This document shows positions 54,616 to 63,394 of a stretch of 64,000 nt of DNA, one piece after another. Source of the stretch: Capsulimonadaceae bacterium (GTDB lineage: Bacteria; Armatimonadota; Armatimonadia; Armatimonadales; Capsulimonadaceae); NCBI GenBank assembly GCA_965215505.1, contig OZ244065.1, forward strand, positions 5,376,001 to 5,440,000. Direction: 5' to 3'. The notes beneath the pieces are model-generated. The model searched no databases. It had not been told where the DNA came from and worked only from the letters and a program-made list of their open reading frames with translations. Each line of letters begins with the position of its first letter. Position 1 is the stretch's first letter. The translations under genes and the position numbers were made by a program.

Positions 54616-55598
54616 GCATCCCCATCGCCTCTCCCATCACCGTCCCCGTCACGCCCCACGCGCGGGCGGGCACGAGGACACGGCCCCAGCGCGCAGATAC
54701 GGCCGTCGGCCTGCTGTTCGCCCTGCCGCACCTGGTCCTGTTCACCGTGTTCCTGCTGGCCCCGACCGTGTACGGCTTCTGGATCTCGCTGCACCACTGG
54801 CACATCCTGGCGAAGACGCACCCCTTCATCGGCCTGGGCAACTACGGGCAGGTCTTCTCCGACGACATCTTCTGGATGGCCCTACGGAACACCGTGTATT
54901 TCGTGGTCCTGGTCGTCCCCGCCGGCAACCTGGTGTCCCTGCTGCTCGCGCTGGGGCTGGTCTCTTTGCGGCGGTTCCAGACGTTTTACAAGATCGTTTT
55001 CTACCTGCCGGTCATCATCTCCATCGCCGTCGTCGCGACGCTCTGGCAGTGGCTCTACAACACGGACATCGGCCTGCTGAACCTCTACCTGGAGAGCGTC
55101 GTGGGCGGCCTACGGCACCTGGGCCTGCCCCTGCCGCCGTTCGCCCCGATCCCCTGGCTGTCTAGCCCCGCCAACGTCATGCCCTCGGTCGCCCTGCTGT
55201 CGGTCTGGTGGGGCGCGGGCGGCAACATGATCCTGTACCTGGCCGGCCTGAACAACATCCCGGACGACTACCAGGAGGCGGCGCAGATAGACGGGGCGGG
55301 CGCGTGGCAGCGTTTCAAAGCCATCACCTGGCCGCTGCTGAAGCCGACCACTCTTTTTTGCCTGGTCTTCTCCGTCCTCGGCGCGTTCCAGGTCTTCGGC
55401 CAGACCTATGTGCTGTACGGCGGCGGGTCGGGGCCGGGCCGGGCGGGGCTGACATTAGCCCTGTACATGTTCCAGCAGGGGTTCGGCGAGTACCAGATCG
55501 GCTACGGCACTGCGGTCGCGTATGTGCTGTTCGCCATCGTCCTGCTGCTGACCCTGGTTCAGTTCCGCGTCCTGGCCCTGGGCGGCCAGAAAAACTAA
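54612..55598 (+). CDS. Carbohydrate ABC transporter permease
   Basis: YQEAAQIDGA, ITWPLLKP. Confidence 0.92.
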   Translation: MSIPIASPITVPVTPHARAGTRTRPQRADTAVGLLFALPHLVLFTVFLLAPTVYGFWISLHHWHILAKTHPFIGLGNYGQVFSDDIFWMALRNTVYFVVLVVPAGNLVSLLLALGLVSLRRFQTFYKIVFYLPVIISIAVVATLWQWLYNTDIGLLNLYLESVVGGLRHLGLPLPPFAPIPWLSSPANVMPSVALLSVWWGAGGNMILYLAGLNNIPDDYQEAAQIDGAGAWQRFKAITWPLLKPTTLFCLVFSVLGAFQVFGQTYVLYGGGSGPGRAGLTLALYMFQQGFGEYQIGYGTAVAYVLFAIVLLLTLVQFRVLALGGQKN

Positions 55599-55608
55599 GG
55601 GGAAACTC

Positions 55609-56451
55609 ATGGATACGATACGACGCGGGCAGTGGGGCCTGCACGCCCTCATGCTCATCGCCGCTTTCCTGTTCGCCGCGCCGCTGCTGTGGATGCTTTC
55701 GACGGCCTTGAAGTCGCCCGAAGACATCATCAACGGCCTGGGAACGGCGCGGTGGCTGCCGCACCCCGCGACCCTGGAGAACTTCAGTAATGTGCTGGCG
55801 AAGACCGAGGAGTTCCCCATCTGGCGCTGGACCGGCAACAGCCTGCTGATCTCGCTGGCCGTGACCCTTCTTGTGCTTGTCGTGGACTCGCTGGCGGCGT
55901 ATTCCTACGCCCGCCTGCGCTGGCCGGGCCGCGACCGCCTGTTCGGCGTCCTGGTGGCGACCATGCTGGTGCCGGGCCAGGTGCTTCTCATCCCCATGTA
56001 CCTGATCATCCGGGGGCTGGGGTGGTTCGACACCTATTGGGCCTTGATCGTCCCCGCCGGGGCTAGCGCGTTCGGCGTCTTCCTGCTGCGGCAGTTCTTC
56101 CTGACGATCCCCAGTGAGCTGGAGGATGCCGCCCGCATGGACGGCTGCGGGCCGCTCGGCATCTTCTGGAATGTCATTTTGCCGCTGTCCAAGCCCGCCC
56201 TCGCGACCCTGGGCATCTTCACGTTCATGGGGACCTGGAACGCCTTCGAAGGGCCGCTCATCTTCACCGACAGCAACGAGATGCGGACCCTGCCCATCGG
56301 CATCACCATCTTCCAGGGGCACTACAGCGCCGAGTACGGCCCGATGATGGCCGCCGCCGCCCTCGCCGCCATTCCGGTGACATTGGCCTTCCTGCTGCTG
56401 CAAAAGCAGATCATCAAGGGCATCTCGCTGACGGGTCTGGCCGGGCGGTAG
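55609..56451 (+). CDS. Carbohydrate ABC transporter permease
   Basis: ELEDAARMDG, ILPLSKPALA. Confidence 0.92.
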   Translation: MDTIRRGQWGLHALMLIAAFLFAAPLLWMLSTALKSPEDIINGLGTARWLPHPATLENFSNVLAKTEEFPIWRWTGNSLLISLAVTLLVLVVDSLAAYSYARLRWPGRDRLFGVLVATMLVPGQVLLIPMYLIIRGLGWFDTYWALIVPAGASAFGVFLLRQFFLTIPSELEDAARMDGCGPLGIFWNVILPLSKPALATLGIFTFMGTWNAFEGPLIFTDSNEMRTLPIGITIFQGHYSAEYGPMMAAAALAAIPVTLAFLLLQKQIIKGISLTGLAGR

Positions 56452-56484
56452 AACACAGACTGCTTCCCTAAAGGGCAGACAGGC

Positions 56485-56877
56485 ATGGCACAAACGCGGA
56501 TCAACACGCAGGACTCTCGATTAACGCTGACCGTCATGCGCGCACCGTCACTGCTCGGCAAGGCCTTGGACCTCTTCTCCCATGATGAACAGGCAGGCAG
56601 CGTCTTTGTCTTCGACCGCAGCGACGACTCGCTCCGGCGTAACGGCAAGGCGCTCTGCGCGCTCAGTCAATTCCAGTCGGCGCGCATTGACAAATGGCTG
56701 GGCATGGAACCGGGCGGCGACCCGTCCGGCAGCCGCTACGGCCTCTCCCTGCTGCTGGTGGATGGCCGAAAGATCACACTCGCCGAGGCGTTTCAGGGGG
56801 AGAGTCTGGAGGAGATGAACCGGGTGGCCGATGCCGTTTCGCGGTATACCAACGTCCGCGTTCATCGGGAGGAATGA
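56485..56877 (+). CDS. Hypothetical protein
   Basis: 130-aa ORF filling the gap, coupled (ATGA) to the next gene. Confidence 0.6.
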   Translation: MAQTRINTQDSRLTLTVMRAPSLLGKALDLFSHDEQAGSVFVFDRSDDSLRRNGKALCALSQFQSARIDKWLGMEPGGDPSGSRYGLSLLLVDGRKITLAEAFQGESLEEMNRVADAVSRYTNVRVHREE

Positions 56878-57320
56878 AAATCCTGTCATGCACATTGGTG
56901 TTGATAGGCCTGTGCTTCATCCTCGGCCCTAGCTTCGGGCAGGACGGAGCGCATCACAGGTCTGCGCGTCCTGCCGCCCACGCGCGGCTTGCCGGGACCT
57001 ACACGCGCGTCAAGCGCTATGGGGATGAGAGCCGGAGCGCGATCCTCGCCATAAAGCAGAGCAACCCCGGCACTGTCAGGTTCGATCTGACGGCGCTCTG
57101 GTGGCCGGTAGGACGGAGCGATTCGCCGCATAACGGGGAGATCAAGGCGACGGTTCCGCTGCATGATCATATCGCGGTCTACAAGAATGGTGACTACCGC
57201 CTGACGTTAAAGTTTCGAGCGCGCACCGTTGTGGTGACGGAGAGCGGCAGCAACCCCGATTTCGGCGTGGGTGTCAGCGCGGCAGGAACCTACCGGCGCA
57301 CGAAAAGGGTATCTCGCTGA
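56874..57320 (+). CDS. Secreted hypothetical beta-rich protein
   Basis: GGAGG RBS, signal peptide MKILSCTLVLIG, C-terminal FG.GVSA.G.Y. Confidence 0.62.
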   Translation: MKILSCTLVLIGLCFILGPSFGQDGAHHRSARPAAHARLAGTYTRVKRYGDESRSAILAIKQSNPGTVRFDLTALWWPVGRSDSPHNGEIKATVPLHDHIAVYKNGDYRLTLKFRARTVVVTESGSNPDFGVGVSAAGTYRRTKRVSR

Positions 57321-57370
57321 AGGACCTGGTTGGACGATAGGAGAGGGCGCGGTCAGGAGCAGGGATGAGG

Positions 57371-57444
57371 AGGGTCGGGACAAGCCCTACCCCTACCCCT
57401 ACGGTTGCGGGGCGTCCGGGTAGGGGCGGGGTTTACCCCGCCCT
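57371..57444. repeat. Inverted pair of GTAG-type REPs between convergent genes
   Basis: AGGGTCGGGACAAGCCCTACCCCTAC(CCCTAC) and GTAGGGGCGGGGTTTACCCCGCCCT (57420-57444). Confidence 0.75.
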
Positions 57445-57453
57445 TTCCGCCGT

Positions 57454-58179
57454 TTACCACGGAACAATGCCATCCTCGTCGAAGTAGCCGCCTGTCGGAC
57501 CATCGGCGGGCAGCGTGGCGAGGCGCACGGCGGCGGTCGCGCCCTGTTCGACCGTGCGCGGGCCGCTGTTCTGGTTCAGGTCTGTGGCCGTGTAGCCGGG
57601 GTCGGCGGCGTTCACCTTGATGGGCGTGTCCTGTAGCTCCGCAGCAAAGATCACGGTCATCATGTTCAGGGCGGCCTTGGAGGAGTTATAAGCCAGCGGC
57701 TTGACGCCTGCATATTGCCCGTTGGGATCGCTGTTCTGGGTGAGCGATCCCAGCCCGCTGGAGTGGTTGACGATGCGGCCCGCCTCGGACTTCTTCAGCA
57801 GCGGCAGGAACGCCTTGGTCACGGCGAAGACGCCGAAGACGTTGGTTTCGTAGGTGCGGCGCAGGGTGTCCATATCAAGGGCGCTCGCCGGGCCGCCGTC
57901 TAGGGCGATGCCGGCGTTGTTGACCAGCACGTCCAGCCTGCCGTGGTTGGCCTCGATCTGATGCGCGGCGGCCTCAATGCTGGCCGCGTCAGTCACGTCA
58001 AGGCGGACCGCGTGCGCGTCCGCCCCGCCCGCCGTAAGCTCGGCCGCCGCCTCTTCGCCGCGCCCCAGGTCACGCGCCCCAATCAAGACGGTCATGCCTT
58101 GCGCCCCGAGCTGCCGGGCGATCTCCTTGCCGATGCCTTTGTTCGCGCCTGTGATGAGGGCGATCTTCTTTTCTGCCAT
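57454..58179 (-). CDS. SDR oxidoreductase (carbonyl-reductase-like)
   Basis: TGANKGIG, NNAG, YNSSK and DPGYTATD. Confidence 0.92.
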   Translation of the reverse strand: MAEKKIALITGANKGIGKEIARQLGAQGMTVLIGARDLGRGEEAAAELTAGGADAHAVRLDVTDAASIEAAAHQIEANHGRLDVLVNNAGIALDGGPASALDMDTLRRTYETNVFGVFAVTKAFLPLLKKSEAGRIVNHSSGLGSLTQNSDPNGQYAGVKPLAYNSSKAALNMMTVIFAAELQDTPIKVNAADPGYTATDLNQNSGPRTVEQGATAAVRLATLPADGPTGGYFDEDGIVPW

Positions 58180-58291
58180 TGTGTCGGTTCTCCTTCTTGT
58201 TCGGCCAATTCCACAAACAGTATGGCACGAGGCGGAGCAGGCCGTCAGTCAAGTTTTTGCCCCGGTCAATCAGATTCCTGCTCTCTTCCGC

Positions 58292-59125
58292 CTACAACGA
58301 CATCCGGCGGCGGAACGCGGTAGGGGAGAGGCCGGTCGCCCGCTTGAAGTGCCCCGCGAGGTGGCTCTGCTGGGCAAACCCAACCTGCCCGGCCACCTGT
58401 CCGACCGAAAGGCCGTTTCGGCGCAGCAGGCGTTTGGCGGCCTCGACGCGGCACCCGATGACGAACTGATGGGGCGTACCGCCCGTCGCCCGCTTCCAGA
58501 GCCGGGCGAAGTGGAACGGGCTGATGTTCACAACGCCCGCGATCTCGGCCAGGGTGAGAGGGGAGGTGAGGTTTTCGCGCACATACTCACCGACCCGCCG
58601 AATCTCGCCGTCTGACAGGCCGTGTCCCGGCAACGGAGTCTGAGGGGAGCGGCCGTATTGCCGCAGCAGGTGCGCGGCGAGCGCCGTCGAAAGGCTTTCC
58701 GCGAACAGCGAGCCGTTGCCGCCGCCCGTCTCCGCTTCTGCTCTGAGTGCCAGACCCAGGTGCAGGAGGCGTGGGTCCGCCGCCCCGAAACTGTTGACGA
58801 GTTCGGGCGTCTCCCCGCCGGCCTGCCCGGCGACCCGGCGGAGGAGGCCGGGCGGAATCAGGATCTTCAGGGCATCGGCGGGGGTCTCCCAGCGCCAGCG
58901 ACTCGGCTGACCCGCCGGCATGAACAGCACATCGCCGGGAGGCTGCTGCCGCAAGAGCGCCTTGCCGCCCCGCTCCTGCCAGAGCGCAGAGGGTGCCCCG
59001 AGATTAATGTAGACGAAGTGCTGCTCCAGAGGCGGGAAATCGCCCTCGGCGGGGTCTTTGTGTTCGGAGGTGAGTGTCAGGCCGTCTAGGACGATCTCCG
59101 ATAATATCTTCAAGCCTTGCACCAT
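58292..59125 (-). CDS. AraC family transcriptional regulator
   Basis: C-terminal double HTH (SPFHFARL..., VGFAQQSHL..HFKR.TG.SP); start at ATG 59125. Confidence 0.88.
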   Translation of the reverse strand: MVQGLKILSEIVLDGLTLTSEHKDPAEGDFPPLEQHFVYINLGAPSALWQERGGKALLRQQPPGDVLFMPAGQPSRWRWETPADALKILIPPGLLRRVAGQAGGETPELVNSFGAADPRLLHLGLALRAEAETGGGNGSLFAESLSTALAAHLLRQYGRSPQTPLPGHGLSDGEIRRVGEYVRENLTSPLTLAEIAGVVNISPFHFARLWKRATGGTPHQFVIGCRVEAAKRLLRRNGLSVGQVAGQVGFAQQSHLAGHFKRATGLSPTAFRRRMSL

Positions 59126-59152
59126 GCGTGGATTGTACCCCCGTCGCACGAG

Positions 59153-59184
59153 AAAAGCCCCGCCCTGAATTGGGCGGGGCTTTT
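59153..59184. terminator. Intrinsic terminator, copy 1
   Basis: AAAAGCCCCGCCC-TGAATT-GGGCGGGGCTTTT. Confidence 0.8.
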
Positions 59185-59198
59185 CACATTGTGACAGA

Positions 59199-59310
59199 CT
59201 ACAGCGTGAAGGTGCCGTAGAAGGCGCTGTTCTCGCCGCCGCGTGTCCAGGCGTCGCCGCCCGTCCGGGCAGTGGCGCTGGCGGCCTAGGTGTAGCCGAC
59301 TCGGCGGTCG
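59199..59310 (-). pseudogene. Duplicated 3' end of the DUF1326 gene with an internal stop
   Basis: 8 mismatches in 112 bp vs 61434-61545; CAG>TAG at 59286-59288. Confidence 0.9.
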
Positions 59311-59443
59311 TCAGCCTTTCCGTGAACAGCGACCTGTTCCTTCTGCCTGTTTCCGCCTCGGTTTTCAATGTCAGGCCCAGGTGCAGGAGGTGCGGGTCGC
59401 TCGGTCCGAAGATGTTGACCCGTTCGGGGGCGGCCGTGCCGCC
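59311..59443 (-). pseudogene. Internal fragment of a diverged copy of the adjacent araC gene
   Basis: PERVNIFGPSDPHLLHLGLTLKTEAETG..N.SLF vs PELVNSFGAADPRLLHLGLALRAEAETG..N.SLF (58690-58822). Confidence 0.85.
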
Positions 59444-59479
59444 TCAAAGTCCCTGCACATCAAGCCCGTTAAAATCCTC

Positions 59480-60070
59480 TTACCGGGAGCGCCGCGCCTC
59501 CGTCACGGTGAGCGCCGATGACAGCCTGCATAGCTCATCGAAGGCGTTATCCAGGTGCGCCCCCAGTGGACGCGATGGGTCGGCAAACCAGCACACGACC
59601 GCATAATGGAAAGCGGCCCATCCAGTTTGCGCTGCCAGGGTCGCTAACCGTTCGTCAACACCACGATGGCTCAGTGCCAGAACCAGGTCCCCAGTCAGAG
59701 CGGCTTCCTTCGCCAACTCGCGCTCTTGGAGTGCGGGGGTATCCGCAATCACTTGCTGCCGGGGGACCGAGAAGGGCCGATTGTCCTCCAACACCTGCTC
59801 GACAGAACAGAAAGCCCAGTACAAGACTTCCAGCGGCTGGAGTGTCTCCGGTGCTTCGGCGATCGCGCCGGTCAACGCCGCCCTCAGCGTGATCTGACCA
59901 TCGAACAGAACCTCGCGCTTGTCGGGGAAGTGTCGGAAAAAGGTCCGCTCCGTGACGCCCGCTCGGGCGGCGATCTCAGACGTGGTGGTCTGCTCATAAC
60001 CGCGTTCGCCGAACAACTCCAGGGCTGCCTGCTGAAGACGTCGGCGTGCTGGTTCTCCGTTTCGGGGCAT
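59480..60070 (-). CDS. TetR family transcriptional regulator
   Basis: ALELF.ERGY..TT..EIAARAGVTERTFFRHFPDKREVL. Confidence 0.93.
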   Translation of the reverse strand: MPRNGEPARRRLQQAALELFGERGYEQTTTSEIAARAGVTERTFFRHFPDKREVLFDGQITLRAALTGAIAEAPETLQPLEVLYWAFCSVEQVLEDNRPFSVPRQQVIADTPALQERELAKEAALTGDLVLALSHRGVDERLATLAAQTGWAAFHYAVVCWFADPSRPLGAHLDNAFDELCRLSSALTVTEARRSR

Positions 60071-60092
60071 GATCCTATTATATCCTCTAACT

Positions 60093-60162
60093 TGACATAT
60101 TTAATGTCACCAGGGTATTGACATTTACTGTCGCTATCAACTATAATGTCATAGACTGACAT
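60093..60162 (+). promoter_or_regulatory. Sigma70 promoter with TetR-type operator palindromes
   Basis: TTGACA (60118-60123), 18 bp, TATAAT (60142-60147); ATGTCA-N5-TGACAT at 60146-60162; further ATGTCA/TGACAT half-sites at 60093-60124. Confidence 0.8.
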
Positions 60163-60359
60163 AATAATGGTCGCCGGAGAGGCTGATAAGCCCTTTCTAC
60201 TGACCGTCGTCGTGAACAGAAACTACTGATGTTCATGTAAACCGCTAAACTTTTTGTGGCCTCGCTACAGAGTGAAATGGCCGCTAAGGACTTTAGTTCT
60301 TTATCCGAAGATCAGTAATAGAGCGCAAACTACGCCCTACGAGGAGAGGAAATTCAGCC

Positions 60360-61358
60360 ATGTCACAAGACCCAAGTACAAATATAGTAAAGAAGATGAA
60401 GGCGATGATGCTGCCTCAGTTTGGAGGAGGCGATCAGTTTCGCCTGGAAGAGATCGAGCGGCCATCACCGGGACGGGGGGAAGTCCTCGTTCGGATCGCA
60501 GGAACGAGTGTGAACCCTGCGGATGCCAAAGCCCGCGCCGGTGAACTGCCACAGATGTTCCCGGCGGAGCGCCTGCCGTTGCTGCTCGGTTTCGATGCAA
60601 GCGGTCGTATCGAAGAGGTGGGCGCGGGTGTCACGGACTGGCAGCCCGGAGATGCGGTCTATGGCTTTCCTGGAGCAGACCCAGGCACCTCCATGACGTT
60701 TAGCCGGGGCACCTTCGCGGAGTATGTCTGCCTTCGTACAGACGAAGTCGCCGCCGCTCCTAAGTCCATTCCGCTCGCCGATGCGGGGGCGATCCCGCTG
60801 GCAGCGATGACGGCCTGGCATGGTCTGATGACTCAGGGCGAAATGCAGCGCGGCCAACGTGTGTTGATCCAGGGGGGATCAGGAGGGGTCGGCCACTTCG
60901 CCGTCCAGTTCGCGCATCGGCTCGGCGCGACTGTGTACGCGACCGCATCCGGGGGGAACACAGAATTCCTCCGGGAATTAGGTGCAGACGTGGCGATTGA
61001 CTACGGCACGGATCAGCTTGAATGGCTTGAGGGCCAGATGGATCTGGTGTTCGATCTGGTAGGCGGCAAGACCGAGGAGCAATCGTGGGCTGCCTTGAAA
61101 CCGGATGGGATGCTCGTCCTGGCGGCGGGGCTGCCGAACCTCGCCTTCGCACGTTCACCCGGCCAGCGCGCCCGCTTCGCCATGGCACAGCCAACCCCCG
61201 ATGACTTGGGGCGCATCGCGAGAATGCTGGACGATCATCATCTGCGCCTCACCATCTCCGGGCGCTTCGTGTTAGAGCAGGTCGGTGAAGCGCATTCTCG
61301 ATTGGAGTGTGGCGGTTCCAGAGGCAAATTGCTCGTGACCGTTTCTCAGGATGCATGA
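60360..61358 (+). CDS. NADP-dependent oxidoreductase (MDR / quinone-oxidoreductase-like)
   Basis: VNPAD, G.D.SG, GGSGGVG.FAVQ and RGKLLV; alternative start at 60396. Confidence 0.9.
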   Translation: MSQDPSTNIVKKMKAMMLPQFGGGDQFRLEEIERPSPGRGEVLVRIAGTSVNPADAKARAGELPQMFPAERLPLLLGFDASGRIEEVGAGVTDWQPGDAVYGFPGADPGTSMTFSRGTFAEYVCLRTDEVAAAPKSIPLADAGAIPLAAMTAWHGLMTQGEMQRGQRVLIQGGSGGVGHFAVQFAHRLGATVYATASGGNTEFLRELGADVAIDYGTDQLEWLEGQMDLVFDLVGGKTEEQSWAALKPDGMLVLAAGLPNLAFARSPGQRARFAMAQPTPDDLGRIARMLDDHHLRLTISGRFVLEQVGEAHSRLECGGSRGKLLVTVSQDA

Positions 61359-61387
61359 GGAACGCCATGATGTTCCAGGCCGCTCAA

Positions 61388-61421
61388 AAAAGCCCTGCCC
61401 TTAGTAGGGCAGGGCTTCTTG
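61388..61421. terminator. Intrinsic (bidirectional) terminator, copy 2
   Basis: AAAAGCCCTGCCC-TTAGTA-GGGCAGGGCTT between convergent genes. Confidence 0.8.
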
Positions 61422-61433
61422 CATTGTGTCGGC

Positions 61434-62084
61434 CTACAGCGTGAAGGTGCCGTAGAAGGCGCTGTTCTCCCCGCCGCGCGTCCAGGCGTCGCCACCCGTC
61501 CGGGCGGTGACGCTGGCGGCCTGAGTGTAACCGACTCGGCGGTCGGTGACGGGGGCCAGGGGCGTGTACCAGACCAGGTTCGGCTGCTTGCAGCACTCGC
61601 GGTTGGGCAGGGCATCCACGGAGAGTGCGGCGATCTGCGGGGCGGAGACGCGGTAGCCGGTGGCAAGGTGCTTGAAGTTGATCGTCGCCGTGCCGCCCGA
61701 CGTGACCGTGCCGAGCGTGGCGGCATAGCGGGCGTTGAGGGCCTCAGCCAGAGCCTTCTGCTGGGCCGGGGTGGCATGGGAGTCAACATAGAGCAGGGTC
61801 GAGCGATGGGCGCTCGTCTCAGCCAGGTTGTTGTCCGCGCGGACGACGGCGACGGCGGAGACGCCGGCCATGGAAACGCCGTGCCAGTCGCCGCCCTTGA
61901 AGTGCCAGGCCAGGACTGCCTCGCGCCCGTCGCTAAGATACTCGCCGTTGTAGTGGCAGGCCCCGGCGAAGACGCTGGCCGTGCGCGCCTCGACGTAATC
62001 GCCGGTCGGGGCCGAAGCTGACGCGCCCAGCGCGGTGCCGAGAACGCCGGTTGAGAGAAGCGCGGTGAAGATGCTCTTGTTCAT
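61434..62084 (-). CDS. Secreted DUF1326-like putative metal-binding protein
   Basis: Signal peptide; GDYVEAR...GAC..NGE, LAW...G...GV and WY.PL. Confidence 0.7.
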   Translation of the reverse strand: MNKSIFTALLSTGVLGTALGASASAPTGDYVEARTASVFAGACHYNGEYLSDGREAVLAWHFKGGDWHGVSMAGVSAVAVVRADNNLAETSAHRSTLLYVDSHATPAQQKALAEALNARYAATLGTVTSGGTATINFKHLATGYRVSAPQIAALSVDALPNRECCKQPNLVWYTPLAPVTDRRVGYTQAASVTARTGGDAWTRGGENSAFYGTFTL

Positions 62085-62105
62085 CGGGAACCTCCTACGA
62101 GATGT

Positions 62106-62360
62106 CTACGAGAAGTGTGACTCGTAACACTTGCGGCCCGCGCCGCAGAGTTCGGGGCGGGCCTTGCCGCCGTCGGGGCCGACCACCTGTTGGGTGTGCC
62201 GACACCAAGTGTGGTTGTCCAGGCCGATCATATCGGACGCCTCCAGCGGGATGGAGTCGCGAAAGAAGTACTTCTTGCTCCGCAGATTGCGGCACATCGG
62301 GCTTTCCAGCACGTCCGTTTCCGCGATCACTGCCGTTTCTTCCGGGTTGGCTGTGTTCAT
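62106..62360 (-). CDS. Small Cys-rich protein
   Basis: C..LRSK, WC..T...GPDG, C...RKCY; GGAGG RBS, ATGA-coupled to the FAD subunit. Confidence 0.68.
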   Translation of the reverse strand: MNTANPEETAVIAETDVLESPMCRNLRSKKYFFRDSIPLEASDMIGLDNHTWCRHTQQVVGPDGGKARPELCGAGRKCYESHFS

Positions 62361-63394
62361 GCGACGCCTCCACTTCCGCCGTCAAACGCCTTGCGCGGGC
62401 CGGCGACCAGGGCGGCGGCGGCGCGGCGGACCATCGTCTGCGTCAAAGGCACTTTGTACCCGTTCTGCGCCAGCGGTTTGGCCCCCTCGGTGGCGGCGAG
62501 GGCGGCAACTCGGATCGTCGCGTCATTCAGCGGCTTACCAACCAAGGCGGCTTCGGCGGCCCGCGCGTGCCATGGGATCGGGGCGACCCCGCCCAGCACG
62601 ACACGCGCCGACTTCACGATGTTTCCGTCCGTCTCCAACGCCAGGGCGACCGAGGAGAGCGCCCAGTCGAGCGAGTTCTTCTCGCGGAATTTTAGGTAGG
62701 TACTCCGCGTCGCCATCGCCGAAGCCGGCACGAAAACCGATGTCACCAGCTCGCCTGGCTTCAGCACGTTCTCGTGCGTTACGTCCGCCTCGCTCGGCAG
62801 CGTGAAGAACTCGGCCAGCGGGAGCTGCCGCGACTTGCCGCCCGGCCCGGTGATGGTCAGCACGGCGTTCAGGCACAGGAGGGCAGGGGCCAGGTCGGAC
62901 GGATGAACGATGTAAGACGGCCCGCCGCCTAGGATGGCGTTGTACTTGTTTTCCGCGCTGTCGGGCGCGGCGTAGCACTTGGTCCCGCCTTTTTTCAGGC
63001 AGACGATGCGCTCGTTACGGTAGTACCAACACCGGGGCCGCTGGCAGAGGTTCCCGCCGACCGTCCCGACGTTGCGGATCTGGATCGTGGCGATGGACCC
63101 GGCGGCTTCCGCCAGGACGGGGTACGAGGCGAGGATGACCGGATGCTCTTCCACCTCGGTGATCGTGACCAGTGCCCCCAGATGAAGGCCCTTGCCGTCA
63201 ACAGTGATCTTGTCCAGATTCGGGATGCGCTTCAGGTCCACGACGGTGGCCGGGGTCAGGATGTAGTCCTTCATCGTGCCCAGGAGGTCCTGCCCGCCGC
63301 CCATCGGGCGGATGGAGTCGAGGCCGCCGCCTCCGGCGAGCAGCCGGGTCGCTTCCTGAACGGTGGCCGGGTGAATTAGGTCGAATGCTTTCAT
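62357..63394 (-). CDS. Xanthine-dehydrogenase-family FAD-binding subunit (PaoB/YagS-like, 4Fe-4S insert)
   Basis: GGGQDL, QIRNVGTVGGNLCQRPRCWYYR...C.KKGG..C, HPSD and LGGVAPIPW. Confidence 0.92.
   Translation of the reverse strand: MKAFDLIHPATVQEATRLLAGGGGLDSIRPMGGGQDLLGTMKDYILTPATVVDLKRIPNLDKITVDGKGLHLGALVTITEVEEHPVILASYPVLAEAAGSIATIQIRNVGTVGGNLCQRPRCWYYRNERIVCLKKGGTKCYAAPDSAENKYNAILGGGPSYIVHPSDLAPALLCLNAVLTITGPGGKSRQLPLAEFFTLPSEADVTHENVLKPGELVTSVFVPASAMATRSTYLKFREKNSLDWALSSVALALETDGNIVKSARVVLGGVAPIPWHARAAEAALVGKPLNDATIRVAALAATEGAKPLAQNGYKVPLTQTMVRRAAAALVAGPRKAFDGGSGGVA

Noticed and set aside
59126-59368. N-terminal extension of AraC in the ORF track
   Set aside because: It reads through a terminator and the duplicated pseudogene fragments; the true start is probably 59125
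59480-61358. Transposon or IS-borne cargo
   Set aside because: No transposase, integrase or terminal inverted repeats; the flanks are explained by duplicated host gene fragments
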